Origin: Octopus sinensis
Lineage: Eukaryota
Length of the DNA stretch: 64,000 bases
Direction: 5' to 3'
Assembly: GCF_006345805.1 (NCBI RefSeq)
Contig: NC_043003.1
Span: 10,106,001-10,170,000, forward strand
This document shows positions 1 through 12,754 of this stretch, in pieces (the stretch's first letter is position 1; each line of letters starts with the position of its first letter). The notes under the pieces were generated by a model. The model was given only the letters and a program-made list of their open reading frames with translations, was not told where the DNA came from and did no database searches. The position numbers were made by a program, and so were the translations under genes.

Positions 1-16
1 CCAATCAAGAAGACAA

Positions 17-47
<31 letters not shown>

Positions 48-200
48 TTGAGATTCAAGTTGCTGGAGAATTACATTATTTGCTATTTCTATTAACAGAG
101 ATGTAAGGTTTGTATGTATACATACACACACGCGCGCGCGCATGCGCACACACATTCACACACATACACACACACGCACACACACATATGTAGGTATGTG

Positions 201-272
<72 letters not shown>

Positions 273-313
273 TTAAAAAAATGGAGTTAACGCAGGTGTA
301 AACAAGTATTTTT

Positions 314-399
314 ACTTTCGACACATGTTTCGAAAATTCCACTGATACTATTCAAAAGAATAAATGGTATAAACAATGCAATCTTCTCCTCAGGAAAGT
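314..399 (-). ncRNA. Type I hammerhead ribozyme in PLE 3' UTR/pLTR
   Basis: Minus strand reads actttc-CTGAGGA-gaaga...ttttc-GAAA-C-atgt-GTC-gaaagt: 6-bp stem I, intact core, palindromic ACATGT stem III, GUC cleavage triplet. Confidence 0.75.
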
Positions 400-671
400 G
401 AAAAAAACGAAACTCGTCAATAAGACATTTTACCAAAAAATGATGGATTTGTATAGCGATAGACAGAACGCTATTAATATTGTTTAAAAAAACGTTATAT
501 GATATAACGTCATAAGTAGCTAACAAAAAGATTAGGGATATTAATAGTGAATGTTAAATATAAAGGAAATTAAAGTTTAAATTATATATAATGATAGAGA
601 CTACTTATATGCACTAAATCTATGTTTTTGCCAGTGCTTACATCTGTATGCTCGCTCTATAACTGTGTTTA

Positions 672-989
672 CTAGAGTATTTTAGAAAAAATAATGGAAA
701 GTAGCTCAGAATTGCAGAGAAGACAGAATTTCTTGCCTTTGTCATATGGTATCGAAATTGAGAGAATCAACCATCCTAAATGAAATTGTTCATTGTGGTC
801 TTTTAAATCCCAAATCAGTTTGCTGAGACCGGTGCTATTCCGTTTCTTTCTATCCTTAAATGTTGAGTAATGGATAGAATTTCTTTTAGATAACTCTGAC
901 GATGTGCTTCCAATGTAAAATCGTACTTTATTACGAGTACTGATTATACACTGGTATATAGAATTTTTAATCTTAGAATTACTTGACAT
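672..989 (-). pseudogene. GIY-YIG endonuclease domain fragment of Penelope-like element
   Basis: SIY...FYIG motif, downstream conserved Arg, LSKLIWDLK and CxxC motifs shared with the second PLE in this window. Confidence 0.8.
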
Positions 990-1243
990 AAACTTAATTC
1001 TATTGGAATTGACTTCAGATACAATAACCTTGTTATTAATATTTCTAGAAGGTTGGATGGTATTAGCTAAATAACAGTTTGTTATTATGAGAAGAGATAA
1101 TTTGCAAGAGATTTTTTGTGTTTGAAAAACCTATCCTAACCATATGTGAATTGATTATAGAGTAATATCTAGAATTGTTTGGAAAATTCCTAGCAATAGC
1201 TTGACGAAACAGCAGTGGGAGATTAGAATGTAAAAATACACTC

Positions 1244-1305
<62 letters not shown>

Positions 1306-1311
<6 letters not shown>

Positions 1312-1694
1312 ATAAATATTAGGGAATAAATCCAAATTTACAGGGAAAAATCAGATTTAGGATTGAATCCAATTTTATAGTAAAATATTATATTATATTA
1401 AATTAGAGACAAAACCACTATTATGCAAATCAAACAAAGAAAGACTTAAGCCAATACATAAAATAATTTATATAATTAAATTTAATTAAAATAACCACTA
1501 CGATCGTTTCGTGTCATAGTTTAAAACTTGCAAAGAAGGTTTTGAAACCACCTGAAGAATGTCTCATAGAAGTGCTGACACGAAACGATCGTAGTGGTTA
1601 TTTTAATTAAATTTAATTTACATAAATTATTTTATGTATTGGCTTAAGTCTTTCTTTGTTTGATTTGCATAATAGTGGTTTTGTCTCTAATTTA

Positions 1695-1702
<8 letters not shown>
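1306..1702. mobile_element. Non-coding fold-back element (about 125-bp inverted arms 1391-1516 / 1576-1702) inside (TA)n; probable inverted PLE pLTR/solo-LTR
   Basis: The arms are near-perfect reverse complements, both sides are (TA)n, and a hammerhead lies at 1546-1599. Confidence 0.75.
1546..1599 (+). ncRNA. Type I hammerhead ribozyme
   Basis: aaccac-CTGAAGA-a-tgtc...gaca-c-GAAA-C-gatc-GTA-gtggtt: 6-bp stem I, palindromic ACGATCGT stem III, GUA triplet. The stem II closing pair is an A.C mismatch. Confidence 0.75.
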
Positions 1703-1752
<50 letters not shown>

Positions 1753-1984
1753 AGAACCACCGCTACCGTACGCTAACTTTGAGAACATATTCTTCGTGAT
1801 AAGGCGAGTTGGCGTCTATTTCTAACAAATTAGGAAATCACCTAGTGGTTCTTCCTCTTATTTATATATTTAAATATAATTTATAGTCCTCGGACAGTTT
1901 TGAAGATTGCTGACCAAAGGTTTAAATTAATATTATTTAATAATATTAATTTCTACCCTCATTATTTAAATTTATATATATATA

Positions 1985-2165
1985 CTCTTATACTTTTACT
2001 TGTTTCAGTCATACCGCCATACTTCAGCACCGCCTTTTAGCCGAACAAATTGACTCCAGGACTTATTCTTTGTAAGCCTAGTACTTATTCTATCGGTCTC
2101 TTTCGCCGAACCGTTAAGCTACGGGGACATAGACATGCCACCATCAGTTGTCACGCGATGGTGGC
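1985..2165 (-). mobile_element. CORE-like SINE (family A), 3' portion
   Basis: Matches the reverse complement of the 3' half of the full copy at 5188-5596. Confidence 0.75.
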
Positions 2166-2589
2166 GTGTCTATGTCCCCGATGGCAAAATCGCCGAGCTC
2201 GACTTTTCCTTTCATCCTTTAGGAGTCGATAAATTAAGTACCAGTTGCGTACTGGAGTCGATCTAATCGATTGACCCCTTCAATTAAAATTTCACTTCTT
2301 GTACCTAGAGTAAAAACGAATATCAATGACCTTAGAACAGCACCACAATTTGAAAATCCTTTTTACTCCAATCACATTATTAGTTTCTTCGCTCTGTATT
2401 TTTTTAATTTGTTCTAGGCTTCACTCGATTAGTTTTGAATCAATTTTGCTATTGTATATAATCTCAAGTTTGTATATAACTCAAAGTACAAAAGTTATTA
2501 CTTAAACCATAGAAGCCATAAGAGTGCCCATTTGACAAAAGCATCGATGTTTTACCCATTCCCATGCAGATGCAATATTTGTTTCTGAT

Positions 2590-3137
2590 GAAGGGGTGAG
2601 CTGGTAGAAATGTTACAAGGCCGGGCGTAATGTTTGGCGTTATTGCGTACTGGGGTCGATCTAATCGACTGGCTCCCTCCCCACAAAATTCCGGGCCTCG
2701 TGCATAGAGTAGAAAAGAATATATTTGGTATAAGTCGGCGAGCTGGCAGAATCGTTAGCACGCCGGGCGATATGCTTAGCAGTATTTCGTCTGCCGCTAC
2801 CTTCTGAGTTCAAATTCCGCCGAGGTCGACTTTGCCTTTCATCCTTTGGGGGTCGATTAAATAAGTACCAGTTACGCACTGGGGTCGATGTAATCGACTA
2901 AATCCGTTTGTCTGTCCTTGTTTTTCCTCTCTGTGTTTAGCCCCTTGTGGGCAGTAAAGAAATAGGTATGTTTTGTCTGTATTTACGTTTTGAGTTCAAA
3001 TTCCGCCGATGTCGACTTTGCCTTTCATCCTTTCGGAGTCAATAAATTAAGTACCAGTTGAGTACTGGGGTCGATATAATCAACTGGCTCCCTCTCCCCA
3101 AAATTTTGGACCTTGTTCCTAGAGTAGAAAATGATAT
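2590..3137 (+). mobile_element. Cluster of Meta/MESC-domain tRNA-derived SINEs (family B), nested/tandem; a further fragment at about 2185-2320
   Basis: Head GGCGAGCTGGCAGAATCGTTAGCA, B-box GAGTTCAAATTCC and central GCCTTTCATCCTTTCGGGGTCGAT..AAGTACCAG domain, repeated throughout the window. Confidence 0.85.
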
Positions 3138-4189
3138 TCGTTTCTTATGTTTCCCTTTCTTGAGAAAATAAGCGTATGTACGCCATTAAAATATGGATTA
3201 ACTCACAATAATCTCTACACTTACTCATTTGGTGCTTTATTTGTGATACAAAAATGGACTCTGTATCAGGGCGTTCGAGCCCTTTTAGATGTTATTACGT
3301 GAGAAGATGCAATTTCGTTGTTAATATCTTTTTCTGGTTCAGATATATTTATCTTTGTGTCGTTACTTTTGACTTTCTCGGTATTCTTTTTCTGTAATGT
3401 TATTCAACAAAAGCAATTACTTATAGAAATTTAGTAAATCAAAAGTTCAGCGACAGAAACGTTTGACAAAACTTTAAAATATTTACAAGATTGAAATAAA
3501 ACATTTTAATAAAGAAAAATTCGAAATTATATAAAGATGAAATATGAAACAGTTTCAAGATATTATTGAAATGGCTCCACAAGAGACATAGATCAAAAAA
3601 GACTTTTTTTTTTTCCAACGTATATCACCACTGGCATTCATATCAGACGAAAACATTAATATATCATGTGCTTTAGATTATTGACCTTATGTAAGTTTAT
3701 CACCATAGAAATTGAGCCCACGTAAGTCTCAGGTTTAACTTAAATATGTAATGATAGTTATGATAAAATTCTTTATTAAATATACGTCTGAAATGATTCA
3801 GAGTTTTTCAACGAAGAAACGTCAAAGCAAAAACCCCGATGCTGCAACAGAAAAGTTAAGTTCTGTTTCGTGCTAATAAAATTGTGACTACTTTTTAAGA
3901 TACTGAGTTTTTGCAAAATACATTTGCGTAAAGATTTACATTAATATTGAAATTGATTTTAAAAAAGTAATCCATCAACTAACCCTCTGAGAATTTTCGG
4001 ATTCAGAATAAGACAAAGCCAGTGAGAAAAAAGAACATGCTTGCAAGCAACAGCATTCATATTTGTTCATCTTTTATAGATTTACCTGTTGTAATTTACT
4101 TCTAAATGTATATTTTTTATATCGAATCTAAAAGAAAATCTTTTTATTTTTGCTGGTTTCATTTTTGTTCCATGTGGTTTATCTTCTAC

Positions 4190-4612
4190 CATTTAACTTT
4201 CACTTATATCAGTCAGTGGTATACGGCCATGCTGGGGCACAGCTGTCGAAGATTTTAGTCAAAGAAAGCGACCGCTGTACTTATAATCCAAGTCTGGTAC
4301 ATATTCGAGCATTCTCTTTTGCCAAACTGCTAAGTTACGGAGCGTAAACAATGCAACATCAGATGTCGTGTTGGTGGGAACAGTGACACAAACAGAAGAA
4401 AACACACACACACATACACACACACATACACACACAATACACACGTGCGCTTGTGTGTGCGTATATATATATGAGTATATACACGCTAACTCACTCAGAA
4501 GGCATTCGTAAGACTCGAACTGTAGTAGAAGATACTTACCCACCACGCAGTGTGGTGGGCCTGAACGCGAAACCACGTGGTTGGAAAAGGAGATTTTTAA
4601 CCAGACAGTCTT
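4190..4612 (-). mobile_element. Degenerate family A SINE with internal (CA)n
   Basis: Diverged match to both halves of 5188-5596. Confidence 0.7.
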
Positions 4613-4753
4613 GCTTAAGCCTATCGAAAACTAACTCTCAATTCTTCATCTCCAGAACTTTAAGTTTATAGCTTCGTTTCCATATTTACTGACACGAAAA
4701 CAATCGGTCAGGAGAAAGTATGTTATGGTTGAAACTGCCTCAGCGTGGTTTCA

Positions 4754-5021
4754 CTGTACATAACACTCTTACTATTTTTGTAACCCCAAGATGACACCTC
4801 TTCCTGCTGGTTAAACGACACACTATCTCTATCCGTTGTATTGCAAACAAGGGAGCGAACAACTCCCACCCAGCGTTGACAGGACCAGTAGACCAGCTGG
4901 TCTTTACCTTTCTTCAATACTGGTACACCTGTCTGCTAGATATAGATAGCGTGTCGTTAACCAACTGGAGGTGGAGGTGTCCTCCTGGAGTTAAAAAGAG
5001 TAGTAACAGTGTTCTGTACAG
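4754..5021. mobile_element. Old MITE-like element with about 80-bp degenerate terminal inverted repeats
   Basis: 4754-4833 (ctgtacataacactcttacta...gacacactatctctatc) is a degenerate reverse complement of 4939-5021 (gatatagatagcgtgtcg...taacagtgttctgtacag). Confidence 0.6.
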
Positions 5022-5187
5022 AACAATCACGTTGGGGTGGTAACACCCATTATTTTTCAGTAGAGTTACTACATGTATTTCTTATTGAGATCTTAGAACT
5101 AGCTACTTTGCTTGTTAAGGAGTTTCCTGTTTTTAAAGCACGTGGAAATTTAGACCTTTTACCTGTTCAATCCCTATGTTATCTCTT

Positions 5188-5354
5188 AGAAGTGGCTGTG
5201 TGATAAGTAGTTTGCTTACCAACCACATGGTTCCGGGTTCAGTCCCACTGCGTGGCACCTTGGACACGTGTCTTCTACTATAACCTCGGGCCGACAAAAG
5301 CTTTGTGGGTGGTTTTGGTAGACGGAAACTGAAGGAAGCCCGTCGTATATATGC

Positions 5355-5386
<32 letters not shown>

Positions 5387-5596
5387 TTGTGTGTCTGTGT
5401 TTGTCCCCCAACATCGCTTGACAACCGATGCTGGTGTGTTTACGTCCCCGTAACTTAGCGGTTCGGCAAAAGACACCGATAGAATAAGTACTAGGCTTCC
5501 AAAGAATAAGTCCTGAGGCCGATTTGCTCGACTAAAGGCGGTGCTCCAGCATGGCCACAGTCAAATGACTGAAACAAGTAAAAAAGTAAAAGAGTA
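5188..5596 (+). mobile_element. Full-length family A SINE (tRNA head, CORE-like segment, internal (TA)n(TG)n, tail ending in TAAAAGAG repeats)
   Basis: A-box TGGCTGTGTG, B-box GGTTCAGTCCC, CACCTTGGRCAAGTGTCTT core-like segment; more than 15 related copies in the window. Confidence 0.85.
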
Positions 5597-6074
5597 AGAC
5601 TAATAAAACCAAAACTGATCTAGATATGAAGTTGGCAAAATGTGTGCAATCGAATGTTGGCCCCACGAGCGAAAAAGGTTACGTAGAAGCAGAAATCACT
5701 GTATCGACCAGACTAATGGATGCCGTAATACACCGCTAGTCACAATGTGCCTCTTTGTATCGTTGTAACATGCGAAAGATTCAAATTCACTGGGTAGGCA
5801 CCCAGGCCACAGCGGAACGGGTGTCCGTGGGGTTACCTATTTACTGCTTACTGGACTGGAGCTAAGGGAAATGAACCGTTTTGCCCAAGAACACAAGGCT
5901 TTGGGGATTGAAACCACGATCATGAGATTGTAAGTTCAACTTTCGAAACACTAAGCCATGTGCCTACCGTAAAGTAAAAATAAATGGAGCTGTTGCAGCG
6001 AAGACCTCTTTTGGAAAACTTCTTTAAAAAAAACATGGTTGGTGAAATTTATTTAGACGCCGTGTATATAGTGA

Positions 6075-6420
6075 GACAGGCATTGCTGTGTGGTAAGAAG
6101 TTTGCTTTCCAACTGCAAGGTTCTTGGTTCAGTCCCGCTGTGTGGCACGTTGGCCAAGTGTCTTCAAGCTAATCAAGGCCTTGGGAGTGAATTTGGTAGA
6201 CAGAAACTAAAAGCTCGTTTCATGTGTGTCACTTTATCTCCCATTACTTTTCGACAACCGGTGTTTATCTCCCCGTACACTAGCGGTTTGACAAAAGAGA
6301 CCGATGTATTCAAGTATCAAACTTAAAACAAGGTAAGTACTGGGGTCGTTATTTTCCCACTAAACTCTCCCATGCGGTGCCGTAGCACAGCGGCACCAGT
6401 AACTGACATGATTAATGATT
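6075..6420 (+). mobile_element. Degenerate family A SINE
   Basis: Diverged match to 5188-5596. Confidence 0.65.
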
Positions 6421-7700
6421 AAGTTTGATATCAAATCCCTTTTTTCTTCTTTCTCATTTTCTTTCTTTTTTTTCATTTTTTCAGAAGTTCAATTTTTTTA
6501 AAAAGGAAGGAATTAGAGCTTATTTTTGGTTCACTGCCAAATATTTCAATACTTTTCATTTTCGAGCGTGTTACGATCAAACACCAAAATTCCTTTGATA
6601 ACTAAAAGAGACAACTAATATTTACTATTGCTTATCACAGTAAATAACACTGTACAAAAATATTTATGTAAAACATGAGATATACGTGAGATGAATTCGT
6701 GTAGAGATATCAGTATGAAAGGTCAGTAATCAAAAAAAAAAAAATATTACAATTTTGTTTTCATCGAATATGATCAATGCCGATGGTGATATATATTTAA
6801 AAATTTATTCATATTTATTTATTTATACAGTGAAAAAATGCTCGTTCTTTTTTTCACTTTATAAGACTTCCATATTCCGCTCGATAATTTTTTATTCAAA
6901 CTGTTCCATTTACATTTAGGAACTTTATTTATTCATATATTTAGTTATATATTTTTGTTAGATATCCTTATTTATATTCATTTATTTAAATATTTTTTTC
7001 TAACTATGAAAAGGTTTCTACATTTAAACTTTGATTTAGTACTGATGTATTTAAGAGTCGCTGTTCTTTTTGAAAACATACATTTGGAAAATAAGCACAT
7101 AACTACAGACAAGCAGACACACATACACGCATATACACACACATATACATACACATGCGCACAGAGGCATGGGGTTAATCCAGTTTCTATTAATGTCATC
7201 TAAGCAGTTATAAACTAATAATACAGATTTGAGTGTTAACAGAATTAAGTAGAAAACCGTAAAAGAAAAAGCTATAAAACGCAATTCCATGGAAGTCTTT
7301 CATAGATAAGTTGATATAGAGACTTCATAAATAGATATACACGTGTACAGGAAAGATACACAAGCGCATAGTACAAACGCACATACTTGCACACGAATAT
7401 ATACATACATGGATAAGTGTGCATGCGTGTGGGTGTATGTATGTGAGTGTCTGTATGTGTGTGTGTGTCCTTCGGCTTAGACATTCTATGAAATAATTTG
7501 CGGTGCTATTTCCGAGCGAGTGTCACAGATACGCTTTGTGATGTTCTTCGTCAAAGATTCAGTGAACCGTCGGAAACGTGTGATCTACAATCATCGCTAT
7601 TCTACATTGGTCACGTGATATAAAGTGAAGTCAAAACCCTTAAATAACGAAAAAAAAAAACACAGATTGAATAAAATGGGTACATTGAGTAAACATTATG

Positions 7701-8084
7701 AGGCGTTGTTGTGTGGTAAGAAGCTTGCTTCCCAGCCACGTGGTTCCGCGTTCAGTCCCACAACGTGACACCTTGGGCAAGTGTATCCCACCATAGCCTT
7801 TGAGCAACCAAAGTTTTGTGAGTGGATTTGGCAGACGGAAACTGAAAGAAGCCCGTCGTATATATGTATATATATATATATACATACATACAATAACTGT
7901 ATATAATATATATCATAATGATATTTAAACTCCGATTTTAAAGCGATAAGTTTTAAATATAAACAAATGACCGAAAATTGATGAGCTCACCTCAGGCTGA
8001 ATCGTACCCACAAATCGTAGCTGTCATAGTAGCTTTCTCTTCGTAACTCGCAAAGCCTTTCGGGTTTGTTTATAAAATTATTAT

Positions 8085-8180
<96 letters not shown>

Positions 8181-8551
8181 TATATATACACATATATATA
8201 TATATATATGTATGTATGTATGTATATACATATATGTATGTACGTGTGTGTGTGTGTATGTATGTATGTACGTGTGTGTGTGTATGTATGTATGTATGTA
8301 TGTATGCATATGTATGTATGTATATATGTATATGCATTTGTGTGTATACTTATGTGTCTGTGTCTGTGTTTGTCCTTACATCATCACTTGACAACCGATG
8401 CTGCTGTTTTTAGGTCCCCGTAACTTAGCAGTTCCGCAAAGGAGCCCGATAAAATAAGCAACATGTTTACAAAGAATAATTCCTGGGGTCGATTTGTTCG
8501 ACTAAAAGCGGTGCTCCAGCATTGCAGCGGTCACATGACTGAAACAAGTAA
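7701..8551 (+). mobile_element. Family A SINE whose internal (TA)n contains a secondary insert of about 170 bp (7914-8082)
   Basis: 5' half at 7701-7860 and 3' half at 8360-8551, with unique sequence embedded in the TA tract. Confidence 0.8.
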
Positions 8552-8672
8552 CATGTAACCCCATCATTCTAATGGATAGGAACACTGTATGAGTATTTGA
8601 GACCAAAATTTCATTTGCACTGCAACGAGCTGGCAGCATATTTATACTCATATTCATACTCTGCTGGAAACA

Positions 8673-8946
8673 TTTTAAAAATCATTCTAACTACTAGAAA
8701 TGTTTTAAAGTTTTCGCCAGACCTTTCAACAAATTGCTACACTGACTTCCGATATGCCGGCAAAAGAAGCTTCCGATTGGTTAAGTCATAAAACTTAGAA
8801 GGTTTGTAATATTTTTATATTTAATTTCGAAAAATAAATTAATGTTATTTCCCTTATCAGCACGCACGATTACATCACTGCAAAAAATTTGTAGAGAATC
8901 TGGCGAAAATTTGAAAAAACTCTGGTGGTTGTAACGAATTTAAAAA
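8673..8946. mobile_element. Degenerate MITE-like inverted repeat
   Basis: 8673-8735 (..tactagaaatgttttaaagttttcgccagacc..) versus 8886-8946 (..atctggcgaaaatttgaaaaaactctggtgg..). Confidence 0.45.
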
Positions 8947-9394
8947 TATCCCTCCGTTGTGTTTCAAGATAGATAATGGAAACTCTAAGAGCATTAATTC
9001 AATGATATCTAAGTGAAAGTATAGTTAAATTTTCTCGTTGACTCTTTTATGTCGCTGGATAAAATAAATGAAAAAAGTATAGCATAATATTGCTGCATTT
9101 CTTAAATCTAACGGTGTCGAATAACGCATGAGTCACATAACACAGTTATTCTGATCTTTAAACTGAATTGTTCTTAGTACTCTTTGAGGAGTTATCATAA
9201 TGAGTTATCAGACTATAATGTAATCGTAATTAAAATGCCTTTTAGATTTGCACACCGTTACATGGCTTAAATAATAACATAGTCATGATTTAGTTACGAT
9301 TTGAAAGATATGATATCTTCAACTGCAGGAGTAGATTCCAGTTTAAAAACTTGTCAAAGGAACAATTTTACAAAAGAGTAATAGAGGACACGCG

Positions 9395-9534
9395 GCACAC
9401 ATACATACACGCGCGCACGTACACACACCACACACACACATTTATGAATATAAGTAGGCACATATAGACATATATATATTCATACACTTCTTCATTTATA
9501 CACCCACGTAAATGTATGTGTATCTCTCTCTCTT

Positions 9535-9568
<34 letters not shown>

Positions 9569-9644
9569 AATGCGCATATATAGATATGCATATATATGCA
9601 TATATATATACATGTATATATATATATATATAAATATGTGTATA

Positions 9645-9678
<34 letters not shown>

Positions 9679-9690
9679 AATATGTGTATA

Positions 9691-9739
<49 letters not shown>

Positions 9740-9745
9740 ATGTAT
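9395..9745. repeat. Compound (CA)n/(TC)n/(TA)n microsatellite
   Basis: Direct inspection. Confidence 0.9.
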
Positions 9746-10780
9746 AAAAGAGACCAAAGTGTATGTACGCCGCTGTCACCAACAGTAAGCAACATAAAAC
9801 ACAAATGAGTTCAATACGCAAACAAAGAGAGGAACAATTGGAAAAGAGGACAAATAACATAAAGAACGACCTTTCATGAGTTGTTGACTGTGTATCTACT
9901 CCGCATTTCGAGCATTGATCGATAATATGAGTCTTCGAAGACAGTTTTTCCCATAAGTACCAAAAATGGAATTTGGGATTTATGGAGGGTCAAATTTGGG
10001 AACAAAAACAGGACGGTGGAGACATACAAGGAAACCGAACGAAAACAAACGTGGAAGGTTGTTAGACCATAATAAGGGTAAAATAGCTAACGCTGGAGAA
10101 ATATTTTCTTTGATAAGAGAAAAGATAGAAGAGCGAGATAGTATGCGTCCTGTCCTTAGGACAGTCCTAAAAGAAAAGAAAGATGCTCACGTGAGGAAAA
10201 GAAAGATGGACGATGGTCACGTATGGACAACGAGAGAGAGAACAGGAGAAAGAGGGGGAGAGACAGACAGATATAAAGCGGTGAAGGGGAGAAAAGAGGG
10301 AATTAGAGAAAGGATGAGACAGAAGACGATGTGGGAGAAAAACAGTATAGAGTAGATTCGCATGAAAAGGATTAAGATATACATACTTGGCAATGGATGC
10401 ATGGCGTTCAATCAAATAACAATATAGATAAATTATATATATGTACGCCCAGCCGCACATAGATACACACTCGCATGCACTCACATATACAGTGGTTAAG
10501 TAGATGAGATCTCTGATAGAATAAGTTCTTAGAATAACCCCAGGAATTTACCGCCCAATATCTTTGTAGCTCTTAGTTACATATAGCCAAATAAAAGCAA
10601 TAAAGCCCCGAGGCATTTGTCAAAGAAACACAGTATAATGATTCTTGGAATCATTATATAAGCCACTGGTTGATCGCCAAATCTATCCGCTTCATTTCTC
10701 GCTTTCCAGATTACTATATATCTTGTATCGTTATATATATATGTGTGTGTGTGTGTGTATGTGTATGTTTGTGTTATTTT

Positions 10781-11400
10781 ATTCTTTTACTTATTTCAGT
10801 CATTTGCCTGAGGTCATGCAGCACTGCCTTTAGTCGAACAAATCGACCCCAGTGCTTATTATTTCTTTATTGCCCACAAGGGACTAAACATAGAAGAGAC
10901 AAACAAAGAGATTAAGTCGATTACATCGACCCTAGTGCGTAAATGGTACTTGATTTATTGACCCCGAAAGGATGAAAGGTAAAGTCGACCTCGGCAGAAT
11001 TTAAACTCAGAACGTAACGGCAAACGAAATACCTTATTTCTTTACTGCCCACAAGGGGCTACACACAGAGGGAACAAACAAGGACAGACAAACGGATTAA
11101 GTCGATTATATCGACCCCAGTGCGTAACTGGTACTTATTTAATCGACCCTGAAAGGATGAAAGGCAAAGTCGACCTCGGCGGAATTTGAACTCGGAACAT
11201 AACGGCAGACGAAATACCGCTAAGCACTTCGCCCGGCACGCTAACGTTTCTGCCAGCTCGCCGCATTTTATTCTTTGAGCTTATTCTTTGTAAGCCTAGT
11301 ACTTATTCTATCGGTCTCTTTTACCGAACCCCTATATTAGGAAGATGTAAGCACAACAACATTGGTTGTCAAGCGATGGTAGGGGGACAGAGAGAGAGAG
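10781..11400 (-). mobile_element. Family A SINE 3' half interrupted by a family B SINE dimer (about 10858-11268)
   Basis: Family A sequence stops at 10857 and resumes at about 11270 (ttattctttgtaagcctagtac); two B units lie between. Confidence 0.8.
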
Positions 11401-11568
11401 ACAAAAGACTTACACACAAAAATTTATACACATGTGTGTGTGTGTGTGTATACACACATATAAATAGAAAGATATGTACATATAGATATATAGATATTTA
11501 TTTACCTATTTATAAATGTGTGTGTCTGTATATATATATATGTATATATGTGTGTGTATATATGTATG

Positions 11569-11622
<54 letters not shown>

Positions 11623-11625
<3 letters not shown>

Positions 11626-12754
11626 TCTTTTATAGATGCAGGTTTATATAGGGATGACGGCATTATAGCCACGCATAATCTAAACGGCCATGAATCAGAT
11701 AGACTTAGGAAGGACCTCATAGCTTTCTTTCTAAGGATGGGCTTACGGGTTACGATAGATGCTAACCTGAATAGTGTAGATTTTTTAGACGTAAATTTTA
11801 ATGTAAGATCGGATAGATTTAAACCTTTCCGTAAGCCCAATGAAAAGCTATCGTATATTAGCAAAGATTCGAACCATCCACCAGTTATCCTTAGGAACTT
11901 AGTCAGCAATGTAGGTAGAAGAATATCTTCAATTTCTTCGGACGAGGCAGCATTCCATAATGCTGCACCTTATTACGATAGCGCATTAAAGAATAGTGGA
12001 TTCTCTGAGAAGATCCAGTTCAACCAGCTTAATGCTGATAATAATGCTGCACGAAGAACTAGGACCAGGAAAGTTTTGTGGTTCAACCCGGTTTTCAATT
12101 TGGCCGTAAAGACTAATATAGGTAAGGAATTTTTTAGATTAGTCTCTAAGCATTTTAAGCAGGGTCATAAATTCTATAGGATATTTAATAGAAGAACCCT
12201 GAAGGTTAGCTATTCTTGTTGCAGAAATTTCGCCTCTTACATTAGCCAACATAATAGGAAGCTAATTCAGATTAGACATGGTGCCGAGCCCATTAAGAAA
12301 TGCAATTTCAAAAACGAAAGCTCCTGTTCGTTAGAAGGGAAATGTCTAGTGAAAGGAGTAGTTTATAGAGCCAAGGTGCAAGTGGAAGTCTCATCAGAAT
12401 ACAAGACATACACAGGGGCTTCAGAAAATTCAATTTAAAACAAGATTTTATTCTCATAAAAATTCATTTAAATACCCAGAGAATAGGAAGAGGACCAGCC
12501 TAGCAAAATATGTCTGGGAACTAAAAGAAAAGGAAGCCCCACCTTTCAACGTGACATGGAGCATTCTGGACAGGGCGGCACCATACAGGCATGGAGCATA
12601 CAAAAATAATTTCAAGTGCAAACTTTGTCTACTAGGAAAAATGTACATCTTATTCAAAGACAATAATTCTTTGAATCAAAGAAGTGAGCTAATGAACTTA
12701 TGTAGGCACGCGGCTAAATTTAAAATGTCGAATATAAATATACCATATGGATAG
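11623..12754 (+). pseudogene. PLE reverse transcriptase (C-terminal half) + Cys-rich linker + GIY-YIG endonuclease, with a single +1 frameshift near 12433
   Basis: GLYRDDG, VDFLDV, SNHPP, WFNP..N..VKTNIGKEF, IFNRRTLKVSYSC, CNF....C.LEGKC, GVVYRA...YTGASE; after the shift FKTRFYSHKNSF...SLAKYVWELK...WSIL...CKLC...LNQRSELMNLCRH. Confidence 0.9.

Larger units (their letters stand above)
270..1248 (-). mobile_element. 5'-truncated, degraded Penelope-like retroelement (RT thumb/linker + C-terminal GIY-YIG endonuclease + 3' UTR with hammerhead), flanked by (TA)n on both sides
   Basis: ORF 1063-1245 (LFRQAIARNFPNNSRYYSIINSHMVRIGFSNTKNLLQIISSHNNKL) aligns by eye to the thumb/linker of the element at 11.6-12.7 kb. 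ORF 672-989 has NSIYQC...RFYIGST...KR...STGLSKLIWDLK...W.IL...CLLC, and a shifted-frame tail reads VNTVIERAYRCKH. (TA)n tracts lie at about 200-269 and 1249-1305. Confidence 0.85.

Noticed and set aside
2580-2620. CTGATGA...GAAA hammerhead-like match
   Set aside because: The GAAA comes from the SINE head and stems I and II do not pair; a chance match.
9966-10355. 129-aa Arg/Lys/Glu-rich ORF
   Set aside because: Purine-rich repeat-derived sequence with no recognisable motif.
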